From: Candidatus Aminicenantales bacterium
GTDB lineage: Bacteria > Acidobacteriota > Aminicenantia > Aminicenantales > Saccharicenantaceae
Length of the DNA: 64,000 nucleotides
Assembly (NCBI GenBank): GCA_049512315.1
Contig: JBEKXF010000002.1
Span: 1-64,000 of the forward strand
Direction: 5' to 3'
Position numbers and translations under genes: made by a program. Positions within the stretch are counted from its first letter, which is position 1. Each line of letters opens with the position of its first letter. Below, in pieces: positions 30,652 to 39,311 of this stretch. Under the pieces are notes generated by a model, which was not told the DNA's origin, did not search any database, and saw nothing but the letters and a program-made list of their open reading frames with translations.

Positions 30652-32166
30652 TCATTGGCGCTCTTTATCACGGGATTTCGCCTCCTTCTCCGAATAGACG
30701 GAATTCGTTGTCTCCACCAGGTCCCTGGGAATAATGGCCCAAAGTTTCCATTCGCTATCGGCCAGAACTTCCCAGCCTTCAGAAACCGGCATGCCGGTGA
30801 TGCTCTCTCCTTTGCGATAACGTTTTCCGTTCTCGGCGACGATGTCGACCTTCGGCTTCAGCCGCCAGCCCGTGTAAACCAATTTTAAGACGCGACTCAT
30901 CGGCAGCTCATCGGGCCACTTCGCGCACGTAACCCTTATCTCCGGCGGGGTCGCATTTACGGCCCGGCTACTGTTGAACCAGCGAGCACGGGTCCCCGCT
31001 TTAACCATGCTGTCCGGAATGATCATCGAAGGCGTGACGTCGACCTTGACTATGTTGCTGTTATCGTCGCCGGTTCTTTCGCGGGTGCGCCAAGTGTCTT
31101 CTATAAACTCCGAATACTCGGCTCCGACCTTCCATCCCGTGTCGACGCGACTGCCGACAATGAACTTCCCGGCCGGAATGAACTTTCCATGTCTGAGGGG
31201 AACATTGACCTTACACTCCAGCCATTGCAAGTCATCGAGTTTACGGAACGGTTCTTCAACTTCCACCGCGCTGTCCGGGATAAGGAGCGAGTGTTGGTCG
31301 CCCACAAGGTCGATTATCCAGCCTTCCGACACCGGAAAACCCAGACCGCGTGTTCCAGCTCCATAGCCAAGACCGGGCGAAAATTCAATGGCTGTTTTGA
31401 GCGTTATCCAACATGCGGTCTCCAATCGACCGGAAGTCTCTTCCCGCTTTGGGATCTTTTTCACGGGCAGTCCCAAGGGCTTTATCGCCTCGACCACTTC
31501 AAGGGGGACAATGGTGGAATAGCCATCATCAAACTCTACACGCCAGCCAACCCCACGCCCATCCCAGAGAATAGCCCACAAACTCGGGCTGGGCCCCGGA
31601 CGACCTAGAACAACAGTCCCGGCTGGGACAACCATTCCCGCTTTAATCGTGATGTCGTACTTGAACTTCAGCCATCGCACGCCATCGTCCTTTGGCTTCT
31701 TCTCGACGGTCACATGTTGCTCCTTAAGTTCACGAGTCATGACACCCTTCTCAACTGCTTCATGGATCACGGGGTTGAAGGAAACAGGACCTGCATTTGG
31801 GTACTGGCTCAGTATCCGGGATCGAATTTCCAGAAATTCTTCCCGGGTCCCCTTGAAAAGGTAGCAAGTCCCTTTACAGTCGGGACACTCTTTCCACGTT
31901 CGTCCCTCATCAACATCCAAGACGCCGCGACCCTTACAGGTTCGGCAAGTCTCTGTTCGACGGCCGATCAACTCGTGGACCAACTGGCAGTGCGGGCCCA
32001 TGGGCTGAAAGCCCGTCCGCCTTAGGTAAGCACTCATCCATTCGATCGTGCCCAGATGCCACCCATCGTACTCACCAGGTTGTCCACAATTCCTACAATT
32101 GGGAGTCCCCATGCCAACGACATGGGGAGAACACTTACAACGCGGACGCCACATTTTCCCGGGCAT
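30652..32166 (-). CDS. Hypothetical protein: N-terminal zinc fingers plus four beta-rich repeats
   Basis: AAGGAGG RBS; CRNC, CRTCKGRG..CPDCKG; repeats of W..K..I....G....G....G.P...GW. Confidence 0.75.
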   Translation of the reverse strand: MPGKMWRPRCKCSPHVVGMGTPNCRNCGQPGEYDGWHLGTIEWMSAYLRRTGFQPMGPHCQLVHELIGRRTETCRTCKGRGVLDVDEGRTWKECPDCKGTCYLFKGTREEFLEIRSRILSQYPNAGPVSFNPVIHEAVEKGVMTRELKEQHVTVEKKPKDDGVRWLKFKYDITIKAGMVVPAGTVVLGRPGPSPSLWAILWDGRGVGWRVEFDDGYSTIVPLEVVEAIKPLGLPVKKIPKREETSGRLETACWITLKTAIEFSPGLGYGAGTRGLGFPVSEGWIIDLVGDQHSLLIPDSAVEVEEPFRKLDDLQWLECKVNVPLRHGKFIPAGKFIVGSRVDTGWKVGAEYSEFIEDTWRTRERTGDDNSNIVKVDVTPSMIIPDSMVKAGTRARWFNSSRAVNATPPEIRVTCAKWPDELPMSRVLKLVYTGWRLKPKVDIVAENGKRYRKGESITGMPVSEGWEVLADSEWKLWAIIPRDLVETTNSVYSEKEAKSRDKERQ

Positions 32167-32237
32167 GACTGTAACCTCCTTATCAGCGTCAGGAGGCCGG
32201 GTATCTGAGGGGAGCGGAAAGCGGATTGGCGGGCAAC

Positions 32238-32271
32238 AAAAAACCCGCTTCTCCTGGCTCAGGAGAGCGGG
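32238..32271 (-). terminator. Riboswitch expression-platform terminator
   Basis: Minus strand cccgctctcctg-agc-caggagaagcggg-tttttt. Confidence 0.85.
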
Positions 32272-32281
32272 TCATATCGCC

Positions 32282-32393
32282 CGGACACTTTGTTGCCGCT
32301 TTCTCAGCGACCGCATCCTCGCTCCGTGCGAGTGGCACCTTGGGTGTCCGTCCCAGGTTGCCGGGCCCTGCATTAGAGGGCCTCTCCTGATGC
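32282..32393 (-). ncRNA. SAM-I/IV-type riboswitch
   Basis: P1 gcatc/gatgc, AGGAGA, P2 ggccct/agggcc, CGGCAACC..AGGTGCC P3, P4 ctcgc/gcgag, P5 gtcgct/agcggc, pseudoknot cggacac/gtgtccg. Confidence 0.88.
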
Positions 32394-32400
32394 CGAATAT

Positions 32401-32429
32401 AATATAAGCTCTGGGACCCGGAAAATCAA
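32401..32429 (-). promoter_or_regulatory. Sigma70-type promoter of the riboswitch leader
   Basis: TTGATT-17 bp-TATATT, 7 nt upstream of P1. Confidence 0.7.
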
Positions 32430-32504
32430 GCGTTTCTACAGTATTCCTCTGGAAAACGAACAGACAAAGCTATTCCATTACGGTTTTTTCGAAGGCCCTC
32501 GTGT

Positions 32505-32576
32505 TCACATTCGGCACTCCGACGCCTTACATAACTTGCAAATGAGCTGTTCCGGAGTGAACCATACCCTGCCCAT
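32505..32576 (-). pseudogene. IS3-family OrfA N-terminal remnant
   Basis: MGRVWFTPEQLICKL resembles IS3 OrfA starts (..FTPEQIIxKL). Confidence 0.5.
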
Positions 32577-32640
32577 CGAGACTCCCCCCCGGCTGACCGG
32601 GCAACTGCTGGGAGTTGTTATGCGGCTTGGAAGAGTTTGC

Positions 32641-32809
32641 CGCCCGCCCAAGAACGAGCGCGTCGCCGCCAAGCACCCCGCGACGCTGGATCGGCGGTTC
32701 ATCCACCCCGGGCCGGAGAAGAGGGAGGAGTAGGGCGGCCGGTCTATAAGCCCCGTTGGAAGGCGGGGCTTTTTTATATTCTCAGTTCGATTAATTCGGG
32801 GACAGGTCT
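32641..32809 (+). repeat. Dispersed repeat copy 3 (peptide remnant + terminator + IS3-like end)
   Basis: RPPKNERVAAKHPATLDRRFIHPGPEKREE*; hairpin 32748-32775; ends ggggacaggtct. Confidence 0.9.
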
Positions 32810-32830
32810 CTCGGGCACGAATGGAGATGA

Positions 32831-34594
32831 TTATAAAGTGCTCTTGTGCGGAGGAGTCCTATAATCAAGGCCCACCATTAGCGGTTCCGGTTCGTCTTCA
32901 TACTGGAGTCGGTTTCGCCGGTAGAGAAAATGGATTTGATAGGCTCTGATCCCGATAACCGCCACTAGAACGCCCGCATAAAAATATATGAAGCCTAGAG
33001 GCGACCGAAGGAGTGCCAGTTCTAGACGGCTCATGACGTTGATATAAGCAATGAACCCTAACAGATAAAAGAGCCAGAAGAATTGGATTCTTTCTTTCCC
33101 TGGAAGATAGGAACATGTAAAGGGGATCTTAAGAGAGCGGATGAGGAGGATTTCCATAACGAGGATCGATACGGCTAATCCGTAAAGAGAATGATAGAAC
33201 GCCGTTTGGGGATCCCAAAGCACTGTGTAGACGGCAAAGATAAGAATGAACAGGGGACAAAGTCTCAAAAGCAGGATAGCTTTCCTGAGGCCAGTAAAGT
33301 AGGCCAGGATCTGAGGCCTCTCCGTCAAACGAAAGACCCAATTTGCCTCAAGGGAAACTGGCACATTCATAACGGATCTCAGGCCTAAAAGAAGAGCAAA
33401 GGACAGGACCAAGGGAATGGAAACCAAAGTTGCATTGATACTGAGAAGGTTGCCCTTTTCGACGGTTCGCATCGTTATAAGAAAGGGCACAAGGGCCACG
33501 CCGCAAGCAAAGTATGTGGCCAAGCGCATTCTATGGAACACGCTACTTCTCAGTGTCTTTCTGTAGAAGTGAAAAATTGCCCGTTGAGTAGAGTTTCTTA
33601 GCAGAATGCTGTTAAAAGCAGTTTCAAGGGACCAGCGGATCTTTCGGAGTCGCAAGCTATGGCCTGCAAGACTTCTCCGGAGCGAACGCCCATAGCTAAG
33701 CCCCATCGTCAAGATGAATACGAAACCCATTACGGCCAAGCCAAATAGCGCATACTTATAATACCCATGAAAAGGCAGCCGGGGGCTTCCCAAAGCTGTC
33801 TCGTATAGGTCGGTGAACCAGAAGGGAGGAAAATAGTTGAAGAAGTGGCCCATTATTGAAGAATCCGATGCGAGCTGTTTTGTGGAGATCAAGTTTTCAA
33901 GGCCGTAAACGAGAATCCTCAAATAGATTAGGATGAGAAATAATTGGAGGATCACAAAGAGGGAACGCAGATATGTCGATACTTTCGTGAAAATCGTAGA
34001 CCCCAATAGGCACTGGAGCAGACCGAAGAGGACGACATAAAAGAAAAACCCAAAAAAACAGGCCGAGAACATTATCAAAAAATGGATGATGGCGTGCCCG
34101 AAAAAGAAGAGCACGCTGGGAGATCGCCACCGAGGGAGGAGCAGGATGAAGAAAGGAGAGGAAAGCAGGTTCAAACCTAAACCGAACAGGCTGGCAAAGA
34201 GCAGCAAACTGGCGAATTTCGCTGACAGGATTGTCCTCGTTCTCAAGGGAAGTGGGTTGAGGTTAGAAGAGTCGCGCCGATCCAGAAATATGAAGTCCCA
34301 CTCGAGGATAGCCATAAAACCCATAATCAGCATGAAGAACGTAATGATGATCATTTTTTCTAACCAGGATTGGCCAGTGTCGCGAGTAAAGTCATACTTC
34401 CCCAGGAACACGTAAGCGACGAGACCAGAAAAAACCGCCAGTGTCGCGAGTATCCCGATCACGCGTTCCTTCATCTGGTCTTCGAAGTCCACGAGGTCAT
34501 TTCTGAAGAGCCGAAGAAAGAAGTGTCGGGTAAGGATCCGGAATTGTCGGGCTTCAAATGAAGCTGCATGCAAGGCGTTCCGGATGGAAATCAA
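32831..34594 (-). CDS. ABC transporter permease (ABC-2-like)
   Basis: Many TM segments; 6 bp downstream of the ABC ATPase. Confidence 0.8.
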   Translation of the reverse strand: MISIRNALHAASFEARQFRILTRHFFLRLFRNDLVDFEDQMKERVIGILATLAVFSGLVAYVFLGKYDFTRDTGQSWLEKMIIITFFMLIMGFMAILEWDFIFLDRRDSSNLNPLPLRTRTILSAKFASLLLFASLFGLGLNLLSSPFFILLLPRWRSPSVLFFFGHAIIHFLIMFSACFFGFFFYVVLFGLLQCLLGSTIFTKVSTYLRSLFVILQLFLILIYLRILVYGLENLISTKQLASDSSIMGHFFNYFPPFWFTDLYETALGSPRLPFHGYYKYALFGLAVMGFVFILTMGLSYGRSLRRSLAGHSLRLRKIRWSLETAFNSILLRNSTQRAIFHFYRKTLRSSVFHRMRLATYFACGVALVPFLITMRTVEKGNLLSINATLVSIPLVLSFALLLGLRSVMNVPVSLEANWVFRLTERPQILAYFTGLRKAILLLRLCPLFILIFAVYTVLWDPQTAFYHSLYGLAVSILVMEILLIRSLKIPFTCSYLPGKERIQFFWLFYLLGFIAYINVMSRLELALLRSPLGFIYFYAGVLVAVIGIRAYQIHFLYRRNRLQYEDEPEPLMVGLDYRTPPHKSTL

Positions 34595-34600
34595 CTTTCC

Positions 34601-35371
34601 TTAACTCCCCCGTTTAATGGCCTCGGCAATGCCCCGGGCCGTTATCTCCGGATTCTCACTGACCACGAGGCGGCTGAAGATCTCTTCCAGGGAGGGGAGG
34701 TTCATCAGGTGGCTAAGGTTCTCAACAGAATCATCAGCTGCGATGATTCCTTTATCGATAATAATAACCCTTGAGCAGACTTTTTCGACGACCTCCAGGA
34801 CGTGGGACGAGTAAATGATTATTTTGCCTTCCTGGGCGAGCAGAGCGAGAAGGTCTTTGACGACGAGAGCCGTGGTAACGTCCAAACCGGATAAAGGTTC
34901 ATCCATCAAAATGACACGAGGATCATGAAGGAGGGCTGAGGCTAAAAGGACCTTCTGAACCATTCCCTTGGAGTAGGATGCCATGGCCATGTCCATCTCT
35001 GAGGACAAACCGAGGAGTTGCATGAGTTCAGTAACCTTGGTTTGTAGAAGGAGATCCGAAAGCCCTCGGAGGCGGCCAACCATGAACAGATAATCCCAGG
35101 CACTCATGTGCTTGTAAACGTCGGATTGCTCAGGGACATATCCGACGGTACTTTTATAAGCAAACATGTTTTGCCTGATCGGGTGACCTTGGTATAGGAT
35201 TTCACCTTCAGTTGGTTCGAGCAACCCAGCCATCATTTTAATCGTTGTGCTCTTCCCGGCTCCGTTCGGACCCAGATACCCGGTAATTTCACCCGGCTTT
35301 AGGACAAAACTCACGTCCCGGACAGCCGGTATGGCCGAATACTTCTTGGTCACTCCCCTGAGTTCAAGCAT
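34601..35371 (-). CDS. ABC transporter ATP-binding protein
   Basis: GPNGAGKST, YSKGM, ILMDEP, SSH. Confidence 0.95.
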   Translation of the reverse strand: MLELRGVTKKYSAIPAVRDVSFVLKPGEITGYLGPNGAGKSTTIKMMAGLLEPTEGEILYQGHPIRQNMFAYKSTVGYVPEQSDVYKHMSAWDYLFMVGRLRGLSDLLLQTKVTELMQLLGLSSEMDMAMASYSKGMVQKVLLASALLHDPRVILMDEPLSGLDVTTALVVKDLLALLAQEGKIIIYSSHVLEVVEKVCSRVIIIDKGIIAADDSVENLSHLMNLPSLEEIFSRLVVSENPEITARGIAEAIKRGS

Positions 35372-35388
35372 GGTTCCCTCGCGTTCAT

Positions 35389-35478
35389 TGACCCCCCCCT
35401 TGAATCTTAAGCGGCTCAGACTTCATGTAGTCGCGGCGCTCGACAAGCGCTTCATCCACCCCAGGCCGGAGCGGAAAA
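35389..35478 (+). repeat. Dispersed repeat copy 4 (truncated)
   Basis: tgacccccccc start; core encodes LDKRFIHPRPERK. Confidence 0.8.
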
Positions 35479-35507
35479 ATGCCATTCAGGAAAAGAAAAC
35501 CAATTCT

Positions 35508-36002
35508 CTATTTTTTAACCCCATACTTACTTTCGAACTCTTTGAGTAGCTTAGCCCGAGCTTTAATGCTGTCAGGGTAAAGGTAGAGGTTCATGATCTC
35601 ATTAGTCACGGCGCCAGCGACTTCGCCGATGGCCCCCCTATCAGCAATATTGATCCGCAACCCATTAACATCTTCGACGAATCCCACAAACTCTTTTTCA
35701 AAGACCGGTGACAGGACTCCCTTCTTGCCCGGCATGACAAACAACCTGAGCACCAACAACACCCGATGGTATCTCTTGAAAAAAAGCGGATCTATTTGGT
35801 TCTGATCTCTTTCTTTAATGGCCTCCGCGTAGAGGGCTTCAAGTCCGGCCGCGTATTCGGCTTCACTGACAGTCGGTCGTTCAGCCGCATTCTTGAACAT
35901 CAAGTTCAGCTTATCAATCAGGACCTTTCCGTCTTTGTCCTGAGCGGCGAGACCAAGGCTAAACATTAGTAACAAGCCAAAAACAAATATTCTTTTTGCC
36001 AT
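35508..36002 (-). CDS. Secreted hypothetical protein
   Basis: Signal peptide; last gene of the sigma/anti-sigma operon. Confidence 0.75.
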   Translation of the reverse strand: MAKRIFVFGLLLMFSLGLAAQDKDGKVLIDKLNLMFKNAAERPTVSEAEYAAGLEALYAEAIKERDQNQIDPLFFKRYHRVLLVLRLFVMPGKKGVLSPVFEKEFVGFVEDVNGLRINIADRGAIGEVAGAVTNEIMNLYLYPDSIKARAKLLKEFESKYGVKK

Positions 36003-36003
36003 A

Positions 36004-36567
36004 TTAGACCTCCTGGTATTTTCTTGAATATTCTAAAAGCCATTTTTCCAGAGTCCTGTCAAAAAAGAGAATGCGGATGGTTTCTTTTAGACCCAGCGGA
36101 GTGTAGTTCTTTTCCGGCTGAGCAATATTTCCCTTCTCATTCTCCGGCTCCGCAGGGGGAACCGCGGATTCGAATATTCGTTCATACGTTGAACCAAATC
36201 CTCCAGGACGTTGGCCCGGAGAGGAGTAATGGAGTACGTGGCTTTGCCCTTCAGAAATCGATTGAATTGTCGGCAAGCTCATGAGGTATTGGGTGATAAA
36301 TCTGCTCTGCCCGAGGGCCTGGTTTGGCGAAGAAGACGGCTTCCTGAAAAGAAAAATAGTGATTATAACGAGCAATAATAAACCAATAAAGTAGGCAGGC
36401 TTTAGGTACCAAGGGAACGATCTTATCCGTTTCGTAGCACTAGGAGCGACTGCCTTCAGAAGACGTTCCTTTAAGGCCGATTCAGGGGAGTTCTTGTCAG
36501 CGCTCTCCAACTCCTCACGTATAAGCCGGTTAATGATCTCTTCCTCACTTCCCATTTTCTCTCCCAT
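36004..36567 (-). CDS. Single-TM protein, putative anti-sigma factor
   Basis: One TM helix; overlaps the ECF sigma 3' end. Confidence 0.6.
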   Translation of the reverse strand: MGEKMGSEEEIINRLIREELESADKNSPESALKERLLKAVAPSATKRIRSFPWYLKPAYFIGLLLLVIITIFLFRKPSSSPNQALGQSRFITQYLMSLPTIQSISEGQSHVLHYSSPGQRPGGFGSTYERIFESAVPPAEPENEKGNIAQPEKNYTPLGLKETIRILFFDRTLEKWLLEYSRKYQEV

Positions 36568-37108
36568 AGCCGTTCTCCTTAAGCTCCTCCATAACCGAGC
36601 GGCGTGCCCGGCTCAGTCGTGACATCACTGTCCCAATCTTAATTCCAAGAGTTTCAGATATTTCCTCATAGGACAACTGCCCATATTCCCGCATAACAAA
36701 CACGTCGCGGAATCTAGTGGGCAAACTCTGCACAGCTCCTTTCAGGACCAGGCCAAGTTCGCCGCGGATTATTGACATTTCGGGGGTATCTCGTTCAACC
36801 ATGGGTAACTGATTATCGTAGAACAACCTTCTATCCTGGCGCTTCTTCCGTAGATGGTTAAGGCAGACATTCCGGGCTATTCTTAAGAGCCAAGGCCTAG
36901 CGGAATTCTGGACTCTTACTGAGCCGATATCTTGCCAAGCTTTCAAATAGACGTCCTGATAAAGTTCCTCAGCATCCGAGAGGTTGATCGAATATCCTAG
37001 GCAGATATGAAAGACAAGGGCTGAATTGGTCAGCAGTTCTTCGAAAAGTTCTCTATCCGGGGAGGCGGCCCTTTCATGCGTGGTATACATCTTCATATAT
37101 ACAGACAC
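36545..37108 (-). CDS. ECF sigma-70 factor
   Basis: DAEELYQDVYLKAW, WLLRIARN, LSYEEISETLGIKIGTVMSRLSRAR. Confidence 0.92.
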   Translation of the reverse strand: MSVYMKMYTTHERAASPDRELFEELLTNSALVFHICLGYSINLSDAEELYQDVYLKAWQDIGSVRVQNSARPWLLRIARNVCLNHLRKKRQDRRLFYDNQLPMVERDTPEMSIIRGELGLVLKGAVQSLPTRFRDVFVMREYGQLSYEEISETLGIKIGTVMSRLSRARRSVMEELKENGYGRENGK

Positions 37109-37175
37109 ATCAAGAGCTTGATTATTCCAAAAGGCACGTTAATTTCTGAACTCGGTAATGCCCAACCCCGGCTGT

Positions 37176-37360
37176 TGACCTACCCCCGCTCAATTTATCA
37201 CCCCTGGATTGAGATTTTCAAGCAAGTACGCCGAGCGCCTCGCTGCGAAACACCCCATGACGCTGGACAAGCGCTTCATCCACCCGAGGCAGGAGCGGAA
37301 GGAGGACTAGGCAAGTCGGGACCGTCGGACGCCAAGCCCCATTGTTTAGGTGGGGCTTTT
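37176..37360 (+). repeat. Dispersed repeat copy 5 (IS3-like end + peptide remnant + terminator)
   Basis: tgacctacccccgctcaatttatcacc..; SKYAERLAAKHPMTLDKRFIHPRQERKED*; hairpin 37334-37360. Confidence 0.9.
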
Positions 37361-37479
37361 ATCATATCTTCCCAGTTTTTCCTCATTTTATTTCGGATCC
37401 AGACTTTGTTTGGGGGGCTTTGTATTGATGTTGCGCTAATTTGTAATGTACAATTCAGTTAGATGAGGGGGATGACCGC

Positions 37480-38106
37480 ATGGCACTAGAACAAACACAG
37501 GCTCAAGTACCGAAGGTTCAGCATATTTGGTGTAGCGTTACGATCAGTAAGAAGATGGAAGATGTTTTCACTGGCTTTATTAACGGCCAAGCGCAGGTGG
37601 GTACAAATATTTCTGAATATGTAGTTTATCTTGCCACACTTGGAGGCAGTCCATTTTCTGCTATCAGTCTCTATAATTTTGTTAAGGCTATCCCACAAAA
37701 GACTACCGTTTATAACATGGGTAACGTTTCTTCAGCTGGCGTCCCCTTCTTTTTGAGTTTTCAAACGAGAATTGGCGTTCCGGACTGTAGTTTTATGGTT
37801 CATCAGACAACACTTGCACGCACAGCGCTGCCTGATAACTTTAACGTCTTTGATTTAGATACGACAAAGGCCAATTTATCAGCGACAGATGATAATACTC
37901 AAAAAATAATTCTGAAAGAAACGACCCCTCGTGCTTCGAAACCTCTTACAGCCGCAATAATTCGGAAGGCCTTTTTAAAATCAACAACGTACCATGCCGC
38001 CGAAGCACAAGCGCATGGTTTTATTGATAAAATAGAACTACCCAAACTGCCAGATACTGGCCTTATATATATTACCGATCAATATCTTGCTACATTGCCT
38101 GGCTAA
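37480..38106 (+). CDS. ClpP/crotonase-like serine protease
   Basis: LATLGGS, GNVSSAG (Ser), FMVH (His), AEAQAHGFID. Confidence 0.8.
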   Translation: MALEQTQAQVPKVQHIWCSVTISKKMEDVFTGFINGQAQVGTNISEYVVYLATLGGSPFSAISLYNFVKAIPQKTTVYNMGNVSSAGVPFFLSFQTRIGVPDCSFMVHQTTLARTALPDNFNVFDLDTTKANLSATDDNTQKIILKETTPRASKPLTAAIIRKAFLKSTTYHAAEAQAHGFIDKIELPKLPDTGLIYITDQYLATLPG

Positions 38107-38236
38107 TGGATAATTATGGCGGTCTGAGCGATGGGGCTTCAGGCCCCCAAAAAACACATCCCAAAGTGGATTCTAACGTCCTTAATAAGGTTCCATCAAA
38201 TGGACGACGAAACCTATTTGCTACACGGATCTTCCG

Positions 38237-39157
38237 ATGAGGTTATCCACAAGACCGAAAGGCAATCGCAGCAAAAAGCATCATTATTTGCCTAGGCACT
38301 ACTTAAGGGGATTCGTCGATAGTGGAAACTGCTTTTTTCTTTACGATAAACTTAATGACAAGATATTGCCCAACCCCCTAACCCCCGATGCCGCTTTCTT
38401 CGAGAACAACTTAAATACAGTATTTTTCCCTATGGGAGGGTCATCGGATTACTTAGAGAATCTTTACGCACTCATTGAAAATGAATCATGGGGTCCATTA
38501 GATAATATTAGGAATTCTACGAACAAGACAAAGATTCGGTTGTTGGATAAGATGCGCCTCTTTCTTTTTCTTCTATTTTTGCATTGGAGATTACCGGGCA
38601 ATATTAAGTATGTTGAGGAGTTATCAAAGGACTTCTTTGTCGCTGATAATGATCTCTGTTTCTTTACGCTCAAGAGTAAGAGTGGTGAAAACGTACCCAA
38701 GGAAGTTTTAGATCTTGTTAGAAACTCTGCTGCATTTAAAAAGTCTTCAAAACTAATGCTTCCATTCGCTCCGTTCTATGACGGCAACTGGAGCGAAAGA
38801 ATAGAAAAATGGAGATTTTTATATACTGGAGACAGCGCCAATTGGTATCTCGTAGGAGACAATCCCATTATCACCAAGGGCGATAACGACCATGACCCCG
38901 TAAATTGCCTTAATGAGTTTGTTTTTCCTGTCTCCGGAAGAATACTTTTAGTAAACACTGACCAACCAATAAAAAGAGATATGCCTCCTGAATTCGTTGT
39001 GCAGGTTAATGTTTCAATCATCGAAAGGGCTCAGAGATTTGCTGCTTGCCAAAATAGAGATTTCTTGGAAGCACTAACAAAGTATTACAGAGGGTATGTT
39101 AATTTCAAACGAACAGACGTGATAATTAGCGACATGTTTGATATGCTAAAACAGTGA
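38237..39157 (+). CDS. DUF4238-like protein
   Basis: HHYLPRHYLRGF N-terminus, GDNPI, FPVS. Confidence 0.75.
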   Translation: MRLSTRPKGNRSKKHHYLPRHYLRGFVDSGNCFFLYDKLNDKILPNPLTPDAAFFENNLNTVFFPMGGSSDYLENLYALIENESWGPLDNIRNSTNKTKIRLLDKMRLFLFLLFLHWRLPGNIKYVEELSKDFFVADNDLCFFTLKSKSGENVPKEVLDLVRNSAAFKKSSKLMLPFAPFYDGNWSERIEKWRFLYTGDSANWYLVGDNPIITKGDNDHDPVNCLNEFVFPVSGRILLVNTDQPIKRDMPPEFVVQVNVSIIERAQRFAACQNRDFLEALTKYYRGYVNFKRTDVIISDMFDMLKQ

Positions 39158-39311
39158 AGGCAAATCCGAATATTGAACCGAAAAAAAACATTTTGGCGAG
39201 GGCCGAATGCAATATTCGATGAGAGAGAGATGCGTACAACTGTTCGTCAGGACCAAGCTAGGCGACAGAATGGTGGCGCAAGATCCTTAGGAACCAGCCT
39301 TCGTTATTAGC

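Noticed and set aside
27488..37360. Integron attC array; AAGCGCTT palindrome as the recombination core
   Set aside because: No RYYYAAC/GTTRRRY boxes or IntI; the palindrome is lost in copy 3 while the peptide is kept
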